Below, piece by piece: positions 53,139-64,000 of a stretch of 64,000 bases of DNA. The notes under the pieces are model-generated. The model worked only from the letters and a program-made list of their open reading frames with translations. It was not told where the DNA came from and made no database searches. The stretch covers positions 1 to 64,000 of the forward strand of contig JAHLWZ010000306.1 in the NCBI GenBank assembly GCA_020536535.1, given 5' to 3'. The stretch's first letter is position 1. Each line of letters begins with the position of its first letter. The translations under genes and the position numbers were made by a program. This stretch comes from Pelomyxa schiedti. Its lineage: Eukaryota > Protista > Evosea.

Positions 53139-55341
53139 TTACTGGGAGTTGGGGGAGGAGGATTTGGGTGGTGGGTGTGAGATGGGTTCTTCTTCAGTGT
53201 TGTTGGTGCTGGTGGGGGTAGATAGGAGAGTAGGGGTGTGGAGTGACAGGGTCCGTGTGTTCATCAAGTCCATGAGTTTGAGTGCGTAGAGCCGCTGTTT
53301 CTCCTCCAGGAAGCGTGGGCTTGGTTTGAAGTACTTTAAATATCCATCCCACTCAACGTTGGCGAGACCGGCTTTGTTGGCAATCAAAGCCTGTGAGAAA
53401 TGCAAGTGAGGGGAGAGAATGTGATTGTGTCAATAGTACCTTGACTCTATTCGCGAATTGAGTGGGGGTTTCACCTGGCTGGAGACGCTGAGGCTCCAGG
53501 TACCACACATCGCACACAAGTGCCCAGGACCTCATCATGTTGAATACATGCCGAAGGAAGGATTGATTGCGTGAATCCCAAAAGGGGTCACAGAAGAGCT
53601 TACTAAGCACTTTCAGTAAAGTGATAATGTTGAGAAGGAATCAACTTGTATTTGATTGCAATTGGGCATACTGTTGCTCCCAACTCGAAGGCCTATGCAT
53701 AGTTGAGTGTACTTAATGAATGCTCTTTGGTTTTAGCTTACCCCCTTTTTGAACATGATGCAGTACTCGTTGTTGACGCACGTCCCTTCAGGAAAAATAA
53801 GGAGAGGGTTATTTTTCCGCTCGGCTAAATGTTCCTTCAATCTGGTGTTTAGTAAATACAATAAACCACATTTACACTAACAACCTCCGTTGTAAGTAGG
53901 CCCGATCATTTGCATATTTTCGCTCAAACCAAACGCAACCGAGGCAGGCAAGAGGGTAATCTTGGAAGAACCCTAAGGGAATTAAGCAGGGAGAAAATTA
54001 GATTACTCTTGGACCTACAACTCCAGTGTGTTTCTGACCAATGATAGCATATGACATGTTCTGTTGTAGTATGCAAATGTCGATTAGGGTGGTGTGATTT
54101 GCAACGAACACTTGATTTGGTGCCTTTCTACGGTATACCTCAGATTCCATTTATAAGCGAAAAGATACCTTGGTTTAATTCCGTGGTATTTCACAACTCC
54201 AGTGAAAGACGAAACCCAAGCTCCACAATACAGTCTTGCTAAAGAGCGCTTTTTGTTTTGAGTATGTTGCTTATTGTATTTGGAATCCATAGAAAGATAC
54301 TTGTAGAGACATCTTCGTTTCGGAGTTTTTTATGGCGAGTTGCACAAAAGCAAATGCAGGGATATATAACAGTGTACAAAATATAAGCCAACACGTTCTG
54401 AAAATGGTACCATTAACAAGTGACATAACAAAAAAAGAAGCCTACCTTCCGGGTATCAATAGTGCATATCGAAAAAGTATTCCTACTACCCACGCCGGAA
54501 ATAGGTAGGCATTCCAGTTCCAGGGTCGCGTTTTATTGGGTTGAAAGCAATTTGTAAATTCATCCTAGAGCAAGAATAACAATATCCACAGTTACGAGGA
54601 GGTGAACCTCGACAATTTTCTCCATGCCATTTCTGACCATAGGAGCAATGTCAAGTAGATTGAAACTGTACCGAGTGAGACCAAACAAAACTAAAAAACT
54701 AGTAGGGTGGGGATTCCAAGTACGCTTTTGGTTGCTGTGATTTATCGAGCTTACGTAGCATATCATGTTCTATAAACCGTTGTAGTTTTGTTCTGTAGTC
54801 CTGTGACGGGTTGTTTGGCAGACTCCTGAAGTGAGCAAGCACATTCTCTTAGCGTACTCACAACAAATAAAATAAAACAAAGCAAAGCAAAGCAAAGCAA
54901 CAAATAATAGAACCCATAATGGCACCCACAAGGAGCCAAGCACAACAGATCACAACACCACATACGTGTAATCCATGTCGAGTGTGTCAAGTTGCGTCTC
55001 ATCAGAGCCACTGGGCGACGTCGCTCTCGTCGGTGGGTGCGGTACGCCGCCGTTTTCGAGTGCGTGGGGCGATCCCGGCCTCGCGGGGTGCGGAATCGAG
55101 ACGCTGGCCGTGGCCGTGGCCGTGGTGGTAGTGGTGGTGGCGGCGGCGGCGACGGCTACGGCTACGGCTACGGTACTGCCGACCACGACTGAGGGCGGCG
55201 GATCTTTTAGCGTTCATCTCTGAGGTCAGAAAGAAATACGACTAGGGCGTAATGGGGCATAGGTGGCACACCAGATTTGCCTTCGATGTCGGTGCCGATT
55301 CCGCTGCTCTCCGTCGATACATGCGTCTCCCCGTTCATCAT
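53139..55341 (-). CDS. GPAT3: Glycerol-3-phosphate acyltransferase, GPAT3/4 (GPAT9) type; start uncertain
   Basis: FVANHTTLID (HX4D), PLLIFPEGTCVNNEYCIMFKKG-AFELG, PIAIKY, DPFWDS, SWALVCDVWYL, WDGYLKY. Confidence 0.9.
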
Positions 55342-56379
55342 CGAAATTTGGGCAAAGAAAGGCCAATTTGCGATGAGTGGAAAGTCTTCGGACTCCTCTC
55401 TGGGACTAACAAACATGCCACAGCGATGGACGCCAGGGACGAGTTCAGAGGGAGCCACAAGTCTGATTGTAATTGGAAGAAAAATATCCCATAATTATGT
55501 CTCAAACAAAAAACCTATTTAAACAGGCCTCATCAAACATTCTGTTTCGACGTTTTGTGGGTTGCTAGGTATTTCAAATCTCCACCTGATGTAATTCTTT
55601 CTTGTTTCACTGGTTCTTGTGGTATCTTCTACTTTTGCTCTTCTTTAGCCACTTTAACTCTAAGCTCACTATCCAGATATGGTTTAAGTCTATCAATATG
55701 AATTACTAATACACCAACATTGAAGTTATCACTTGCTTCCTTCAAGTGTGATAGCATCTTTTTTGCTGTTTTGACTTTTTTATGATCTGTTGCTCTTGTA
55801 CAATGTCTCAGATCATTTGTCTCTCATGCAGTTGTTGTTTCATTTTAGTATCACCTTCTTGATTGGATAATTCCCCAATAACAATGTATCAACAGGCGAT
55901 CAAAAAAGAAAGGAGTTTCACTGGTTAGGACTGATGGTGTTGTATTGATATCAAATTCTATCCAGTGCAATTGTTGATCCCAGTCAGTAGGATTGTTTCC
56001 TTGGGTGGGAAACTGCACCAAAAGAGAACAAAGAGGCACAAAGTATTATATTATATTCATCTTGGAATTATGCTTCTGTGTATGTTGTGCCTAAACTAAC
56101 TCAATAACAGAAGACAGAAAGAGAGGGTTCTATTGTTTACTTTGGATTTGTTGTTTGTTTGTTTGAGTTTATGTGATTCTGAGCTTGGAGTGTTGAAATC
56201 AAGTCGATGAGCCTCATCAACTGGAGTATTGCTTGTCACTGCCAAATCGCATGTATTCCTTGGCGAGGCACAACAGAATCAGTGATTTAATTGTCAATCC
56301 GCGTGAGACGTTTCCCGCCGAGCCAAGAGGTCAACGGCTCGGAAAACTTTTTTCCGTTTTTACCGATCAAGTTGTATTG

Positions 56380-57692
56380 ATGGTGGTTGGGCTTGTGGCA
56401 TTTTTGGCTGTTTCGTTGTGGCTCCCCGTCGGGGAAGCGGCATCTTCAACCACCCCCATAACTGCAAGATGGTGCGGCCAGCCGGACGGGTTGTCGGCGG
56501 AACCTATCCCTTACGAGAGGTGGCACTCCCTGATGATTGTAAGGTATAAATTATCGATGACAGCCCACGGCGGTGGATCATTTGTCTCAAATTTGTCCTT
56601 TGTGTTGTCTCGGAACCCCCATCATTCATCAAGTGGCGCAGTTCACACCCCGATGATATTGAGACCTGTATGGGTGGTTTGGTGTACCTGCTTACTCAGA
56701 GCGGGGTGCCTGTTTACTACGTTATTCTGACCAATGGAGATAAAGCACGAATATCCTCCCATTCAAATATTACAACACCCTACCTACCCTCAGCCACGCT
56801 CTCTCTATTTTTCGGTTAATGGAATTCGGGATACACACACAAAAGGGATGTGGAAACCCTTCTATATGTGAGAACCTCACAGCTCCCGAAATCGCTTCAT
56901 TGAGACAACAGGAGACTATAACTGCCGCGGCAATTCTAGGAGTTCCTTCATCTAATATCTATTTCCTTGGTTACGAAGGTTTACCAAAGTATTTAAGGCA
57001 ATCATCTTATACTGTTGTAGATGCAGAGTTAACAACATACCCCGAAGAGGATATTCGAAAGAATATTATTCAACTAATGAGGGAAGTGAGGCCAGAGGTC
57101 AGAAAGAAATTCCGCGTTAATGTATCTCTTATGCTCTCCCAGGTAGTTATAACGTGGTACCTGTTCCCGCGGTTTGAACTGCAACCTGGGGATATCTATA
57201 TTGATCTTGGATATCACCCGGATCACCAGCAGACAGGAAAATTGGTCCTGGAATCCCTTTTTGACGCGGTTATACTCCTTTGCGGACTATCCATCTTATT
57301 TGGTTACCATTATTAGGGTGTGTCACGTCTTTACCCAGAACTTGGTGAATCACACTATATCCTCGAATTCTACATGTGGGAGTTTTGTTACCCCTCTCAT
57401 TACTTCCAAATGACAAAGGCAAGCCACCCTCACTCCTTCCTAACCTCGCCCGCTCCCCTTCGCCGCTCTACGGAGAATGGATTGAGTGGGTTCGAGCACA
57501 ACTAATTCCTCACCAAAGGAACTCCTCTCCAAAGCCGCAAGTGCTGAGGCCGCACACGAGTCACAGTGCCTGGGGTTCTATGAAGTGGAGGCAGGAATGT
57601 ACCGCCTCTACACAGCAACAGCAAAATTCTCCAATGTCACGACCTGTGAGATGGCCACAGGCTTTACCCAATACTCTGAAATCACTTTCTAA
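56380..57692 (+). CDS. Secreted PIG-L/LmbE family deacetylase
   Basis: Signal peptide; spliced LMIVS-SHPDDIETCMGG, LTNGDK-G, RQQETITAAAILGV, FLGYE-D, HPDH, AHESQ. Confidence 0.87.
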
Positions 57693-57759
57693 AACCACTG
57701 GTTGTCTTCAGTTGCTTTTGTATTATTTGAGAGCTGACAAACCAATAGCATCGAATTTG

Positions 57760-58864
57760 ATGAAAGTTTTTTTTATATTCTTTTTTGTCAATCAAGTCCC
57801 CCAGAGCACAGCACCTCACAATGAAGTTGAGTACCTCACACTGTGGTTGCTTCAGTACCGAATCCGCGAGTTTGCATATCTTTCGTTGTTGCATGTCGGT
57901 TGAGGCACTGTTGGCAGCCGAGATTGCCCCCAGGAGAGACCATGAGTTGCGATCAGGAGGGAATGGTGGCGCAGTACTCCTTACACAGCAGTAACAAACT
58001 TCAATTTACAGCTCTTGCAGGCGGTCGTCATCATAGTCGCACTTCCTATTCACCAGATGGTGTGCCCAGTATACAAACACTCTTTTTTCTGTCATTCTTC
58101 AGAGAATGGCCGAGGAACCAAATCAGAGTAAGTGTTTGTTGTGCTCACAAACCTCAGGTGGAAGTCATCCTCGTAGTCTCTTTCAGGAGATGCTTCAGTT
58201 TCGAGCTCTTCTCTGCATATATGCCTAGCTTTTCTCCTTAGTCAGCAAAGTTCATCATTCTCTGTTCCCACCTTGGGTCATCGTTCCCTAATTTCCATCT
58301 CCTTGTCTCCAAAGCTTCTTCATAAAGACCGCGCTGAGTGAGTTTCTCTGCACTTGCCACTTTCATCTCCCACACACGTTGCTTCACTGCTGACTTCAAC
58401 ACTTTCTTTGCAGCTTTCATTTATGTCATATTTCTCTCCATGTCGCCACCGTTCCTCCTTGCTCATTTGACCCAGTCAACATCGATAGCGACAAGCATCA
58501 TCGCACCAGAACGGCTGTTCATGAAAAGCGTGGTGAGGTTCTCCATGTGTTCGAGCACGTGCTTGGCGGCATGTGAACGCATAAGCGTGCTGTTGTCAAT
58601 ACAATCATCGGTGAGGAGAACTGGATTACAGTGTATTCGTGGTGCTTGTCGCTATCGACGCCGCAGCAACACTGGTCGGGTTACTATTTCCAGGCACTAC
58701 CTTCACTTGAACGTAGTCGTACTCGTCCTCCTCCACATTGACGGACCGTCGGGGGAGCAACAACATCCAGTCCACGCACAGGGAGTTGGGGTTGTGGTTG
58801 TGGTGGGATTGCCACCTGTTCGTGACCGTTTTCGGGGTAGCTGCTTGGTCGCTGGGCCGATCAT
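57760..58864 (-). pseudogene. Degenerate tandem paralog of the 58886-60146 gene, with an internal inversion
   Basis: Collinear similarity (KQLPxKRSRTGGNP, RRWKLGxDDP, KICKLA..EVLNFIV.CC.LGDLID), but the reading frame is broken and ~58511-58646 lies on the opposite strand. Confidence 0.8.
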
Positions 58865-58885
58865 TTGCTGATTAACGTTTTTTTT

Positions 58886-60146
58886 TTATTCTAGTTCGTC
58901 AATCAAGTCCCCAAGGCCACAGCACGTAACAATGAAGTTGAGTACCTCGAACTGTTGCTCTTCTACTTCGGTACCGAATCCTGCAAGTTTGCATATCTTG
59001 CTCATTACACTGTTGATTGTTGTTATTTTAAAAAGGTATGGAAGAAAATCTCAGGGAAAATACGAACCTTGTGTCGATGCTCCAGTCATCAGTTGAGGCA
59101 CTGCCCTCAGTCGAGAGTACCCCCAGGCAAGACCATGAGTGGCGATTAAGAGGGAATGGTGGAGGTGGCGCAGTACTCTCTACACAGCAGTAAAATACTT
59201 CAATTTCAAACTCTTGCAGCTGGTCAATCTCATCACAATCGCGCCCCCTCTTCACCATATGCCCAAAGCAATATATAAACACTCTCTTTTTGTTGTGACA
59301 ATGGCAAAGGAACCAAATAGCACCAGAGTAACGGTTTGTTGTGCTCACAGCCTTGATGCCGTAATACTCATCGTCAGAGTCAGTGTCATCCTTTTCAGAT
59401 TCACTCTCGGATATGCATATACGCATAGCTCTGCTCCTCAACTCATAATACCTCATCATTCTCTGTTCCCAGCTTGGGTCATCTATTCCTAATTTCCATC
59501 TCCTTTTCAAAGCTTCTTCATAATGAATGGTGAGCTTCTTTGCAGTCACCACGTTCTTCTCCCACTCGCACTGTTTCACTGCCGACTCTAACATTTTCGT
59601 TGCAGCTTTCAGTTCTGCCAGGTGCCTATCCAAGACGCCAACATTACCCTCTGCAAGTTTGACCCAGCCAGCATCACCAGCACCGCTGCTGCTGTCAGCG
59701 TCGATCTCAGCACCACGAATACACCGCAATCCAGTTCTCCTCACCGATGATTGTATTGACAACAGCACGCTTATGCGTTCACATGCCGCCAAGCACGTGC
59801 GCGAACACATGGAGAACCTCACCATGTTTTTGATCAGCCGATTCGTCGTGGCTTCCGTTTCCATGGTACCGCAACCGGGTGGTTTTCCAGGCACCACCTT
59901 GAGCACTTTGACGTCGTCGTCGTCGTCATCCTCGCCCGCCTCGGCGCCGGCAACCCAAGTGAAGTGCAGTCGTGGTGTCGGCGGCAGTGGTGGATTGGCA
60001 GGAGGCCAACACAACATCGTCGCGATTATGTCCAGCACAGCCGGTGGAACAACCACATCAAGCCCACGCACAGTGGTAGTTGCGGGATTGCCACCTGTTC
60101 GCGACCGTTTCACTGGTAGCTGCTTGGCCGCTTGGCTGCTCATCAC
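58886..60146 (-). CDS. Hypothetical protein with split F-box-like N-terminus
   Basis: 372-aa ORF plus a spliced last exon (SKICKLAG...GDLIDELE*); VPPAVLDIIATML...MVRFSMCSRTC. Confidence 0.65.
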
Positions 60147-60320
60147 AGTGGTATGAGTGTAAGACTTTCTTACGAGAATTCGACTGACGCTGATGAAGCC
60201 TCCTCGAAGTCAATATTCTACTTCCAACACATTCTACACAAATGATATCACTACTATCACTCCCAATGGCGAAGGTTTTTCGGCAACAAGAAATGAGTTT
60301 TTGATTACTTAGGTGCATGT

Positions 60321-63300
60321 TTAGCCTTGCATGAAAATGAATTGAGCGGGAGACAACAGTTTGAGAAGAAAGTGCACAACAACAAACTTGGGCAGAACTC
60401 CAATCGGGTGAAACACTGGTGGTTGTTGTTGTTGTGATGGCTGTGGTAAACATGGTATCCTGCTGACTTCAACAACTGAAACAAGCCGTGGCTTCTTTCT
60501 CGTTGGTCCTTTGGGAGAAGTCACACAGTTGGAACTTGTATCAACTTGTGGACCTGCTTGTGATCGGGCAAAAGATGCGGAGGAGGCTGGTGAGTCAAAC
60601 AGGTTTTGCTCACCGTGGAGGAGATGCACGTACTCCTGAAACTGTTGATGCAACCAGTAATTTCTGTTCCAACTGAGGAACACTGTCTTGACAACGGTCT
60701 TGAACCACAGGGGAAAGTTAATGTGCCTCTCAGGGCTCCAAAGGGCAGGTGAGAAGAAGAACGCTGGGGTTGATGGTGACGGGCATTGCCGGTGGAGAAA
60801 CTGCATCACCATGTCAACTTGAGTGTGTTGAAGAAGTGGCAGCGCCGCCACGGAATCTTGTGAGGGAGGTTGTGGTGGCCTGAGTGACAACCCGTGATAC
60901 CACAGTACTGTTGCAAAATCTTTCTGACTTTCATTTCGTAAAGAGTGGAACAGAAAATGAGGATTGCAAGAGCTCAATTTGGCTCCAAACTTGAGAAGAA
61001 GTGATGCAATTTCGGGGCTGATGCAATTTCGGGGCGTTCTGTAATCTCCAGGAGGGTTTTGGGAATCATTTCTGGGAGTTGAGTTGCTGTACCCCGGGAA
61101 TAAATACTAGTATGTTCATGTGGCAATTTCAACTCAGCATTGGGGTCTGCTCCTTTCAGCAATAGAAACTCAACCATCTGTGCACACTTCTCTCCATACT
61201 GTCGACACAGTAGCAGCTCAATGGACGAGGCACCATTGTCCAAAGTAAGAGGCAGTGGGAAGCCAAGTCCATCATGTGCAGTATCATTGAAAAGATACCT
61301 TGAGAGCAAAACTTTTTTGCAACTCACAGCGTACTCGGCTAATTTCGCCCGGAACATTTCTGTGTCACTCAAAATCAATGAACCAAGCCAATAATTCCCG
61401 TCCACCTTTGTATTGCCAATGTCAACGCCTTGTCTCAACAAGGCATGCCTTGATGCCACAGAAACCCTGTAGAAGGTGTTCTTTGCATCACCGACCCACT
61501 CACTGTTGAGAAAAGGGAGAACCATATGAACGACGTTTTGTTGTTCCTCTGAAGTGGCACAGTGAGTGATTGCACTGATACAAAAGAATACTTCCTTGTA
61601 TGGCGTCTCTACGCAAGACTTTGTGAGTGTGCGAATTATGAGCAGTGATACAATGTGTGCCTTTGAAGCTGGTAGAAGGGAGGGGAGGTTGCGTTTTCCC
61701 AATCTAATAACTTGGGCCAAGATAGAGAATACATGACACACGGAACCTTCTTTTGTCAAGGAGTCGGCACAACATGCAAGTAATGTCTGAAGAGAAGAGT
61801 CGTCAAGATTTGCAAGAACTTTGTCTTTTGGCAAATCGGATCCGAACGGGCCATAGCTCCACCAGTGTTCAAAGCAGCCCAGTGAAACCTTCAAAAGAAA
61901 TTGCTGGTCCATTTTATTGCAAGCCGCCGAAGTTGGCAGAATTAGTTGGTCCCGCCTTGGTGCACCAGAATCCAAAAGTGAGTTAACAAACTCCACGCCC
62001 TTTGATTGGATTTCATCACCCCCCAACTGGAAAAATAACTCGATGAATTCTCGCCGTGTCTGGTGATCAACATCATTTTTGAGATTTGCGTACTTGTACA
62101 AGATTGTGATGGCATGTTTTTGGAGAAGTGGTTTAATTGGGGAATCTCTGCCTCCACTAGGTCTCATGAGAGCAAGAAGGAATCGAAGAGGAGACTTGGG
62201 TCTTTTCTGTTCATTATAATAATAATCCCGAGTGATTTTGAAGGGAGGTAGGGGAACGTCAAGCAGCTCCATTGCCATGTCGAAAGCAATTTCAGACACC
62301 TGAGGAGCTAATTCAACCAGGTCTCGAACACGGCAAGGTTCCACTTGTGGAAATCCCTTGTTCAAACATGCAGCAATCTCAGTGAAATAATGGGATGCTA
62401 TAGTTTTGCCGACGTCTGAATAACAGAATCCCGAAAAGAGTTCTTCCACTAATAGGTAGTCACTGTCCAAGTTGTCAAGCAGCACATTTAACACATCTAG
62501 CTCATGATGTTGTTCACTGCTGAGAGTATTCTCATTTCTTTCAAACTGAGCTTCATATTTGACATGATGAATTTCCCCACATGTGCACTGGGATTTGCAC
62601 GGTAACAACTCACAGTTCAGTAGCACACTGACTAAAGGCACAGCGCAATCTGGATTGGCTTTTGATAGCTTGCACAGGCCGAGGGACTTCCAGCACCCAT
62701 CCAGTGACAGTATGAACACTGACAGATGTATGAGTGGCCAAACTACCATTCCGCATGAAACCAGACCCTCAACACAGTGCTCCACCAGGTAGTGCCTCTG
62801 TTCCGCTGGCAACTCACTGTATGCCACCCTGACCTTGTGTTGGGTCTTCAGCCAGTGTGACACCAACTCCGCAAGCTTGAACGGCGCCGCATCGTCGGTG
62901 TCACCGCTGTCACTTGTCAGCGAAAGGTAAAACTCACTCTGTAATGTCATTGGTGGCATTTCCTCCACCTTCAGCGAGTCAACGCAACTCACAAGAAACG
63001 GCACGTGAAACAGCTCCTCCACTCCCGCCCGCACCACTTTATCGGTATTTTTCGACGAAACCACCACACTGCCGCTACGACTACTAGTATCATCTTCCGT
63101 GGCCACCGCCGCGTTCATGTCGGTGGCACGCGACACCGCGCAGTCGATCAGTGTCAGCGTGGTGTCGTAACACTCGGTCATTAGGCTCCACCAAGTAACA
63201 GCAGCACCGTACATTAGACTACGCTTTGGTGATGGTGGTGGTGGAGGAGGCGGCGGCGTCGGTGGTCGTGGTTGCGGAGGCGGCTGTTGTTGCTGTTGTC

Positions 63301-63400
63301 GTGGTGCTGGTGGCGCAGCTGCTGTCGTTGTGTTGGTGAGTACTTTCATTCGGACCGAGTGGGTTTTGGACCCCTTACGGCGGCCACGTCGGCCTCGCAT
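60321..63400 (-). CDS. Large hypothetical protein with C-terminal ankyrin-like repeats; frameshifted by a 17-bp duplication
   Basis: 847-aa ORF (likely ATG at 63400) with MVEFLLLKGADPN; removing one copy of the 61002-61035 duplication joins it in frame to ORF 60321-60977 (IASLLLKFGAKLSSCNPH...WSPERHINFP). Confidence 0.7.
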
Positions 63401-63571
63401 TTTGCCACCCGAAAGTGTCGTGGTTGTGCTGCCTTTTGGGAAAATTGATTTTTCTTCAAACGAACAGGTGGTGCGAGAGTCGGGGAAAGTAATCCCTTGT
63501 GTTCGTGGGTTGTTCACCAGAGACTATGGCGGCGAGATTGCGGAAGCGGTTGTGGACTTTAGTTTGGGTTC

Positions 63572-64000
63572 CTACGTATCCTCAGTGTCCTGTGCTGCAA
63601 GGTCTTCCTTGAAGAGTAGACTGAGGGGTGCAACGAGACCTGAGAATGGAGTTGTTGTTCTGGGTGTTGTTGGGGTGGAGGTTGTTGTTGAGGTGGCTGA
63701 AGTCGTTGTAGTGGTTGGTGTGCTTGTGATTGCACTTGTAATAGTGCTGGTGCCGGTGCCGGTGCCGGTGCCGGTGCCGGTGCCGGTGCCAGTGACAGTG
63801 CCGGTGATAGTGGATGTAACTGTGGTGGGTGTTGTAGGGCAATTGGTGGGGTCTGGGGTAGAGATCTGTTCTCGTGTTATGATCATTGAATCAAACGCGA
63901 TGATGACTGGAAATTCCTTTGGAGCACCATCAAATAATGGAATCTTGGGGTAGCGCTGACTAAAGTGCGTCATTGCAAGAGCATGTGCGCTCATCCTGTT
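63572..64000 (-). CDS. 3' end of a hypothetical protein with a Thr/Gly-rich tail (continues beyond the window)
   Basis: ORF with (GT)n dipeptide and Thr tracts, ending at TAG at 63572. Confidence 0.5.
   Translation of the reverse strand, partial: NRMSAHALAMTHFSQRYPKIPLFDGAPKEFPVIIAFDSMIITREQISTPDPTNCPTTPTTVTSTITGTVTGTGTGTGTGTGTGTSTITSAITSTPTTTTTSATSTTTSTPTTPRTTTPFSGLVAPLSLLFKEDLAAQDTEDT
63748..63792. repeat. (CCGGTG)n hexamer repeat encoding Gly-Thr
   Basis: About 7 tandem copies. Confidence 0.9.

Overview
Gene-dense eukaryotic genomic DNA in the standard genetic code, with many short spliceosomal introns (mostly 35-100 nt), four scaffold N-gaps and about 22 genes. Arpin, a Roco kinase and several intron-containing genes typical of anaerobic bacteria suggest an anaerobic amoebozoan (Archamoebae, Pelomyxa-like); this assignment is inference. 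Conserved genes: ASCC3 (3' half), MAPK15, ADA2, a CaMK1-like kinase, a START-domain protein, a cyclophilin, GPAT3/4, Arpin and two atypical Ras-like GTPases. The main finding is a full-length, intron-rich, fused gene at 42963-49084 with the architecture of the bacterial oxygen-independent plasmalogen/ether-lipid synthase PlsA(R)/Ger (two BadF/BcrAD ATPase activator domains + DUF2229 + HgdD-like reductase). Also notable: an F-box fused to a G-protein beta-type propeller, a Crinkler-type NTPase+REase gene with a MITE-like element just upstream, a Roco kinase with an N-terminal pseudo-Rho domain, at least five GC-AG introns, a tandem paralog with an inverted-repeat-flanked micro-inversion, and a 17-bp duplication that frameshifts a large ankyrin gene. 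All family calls come from motif recognition by eye, and gene boundaries of spliced genes are manual estimates.
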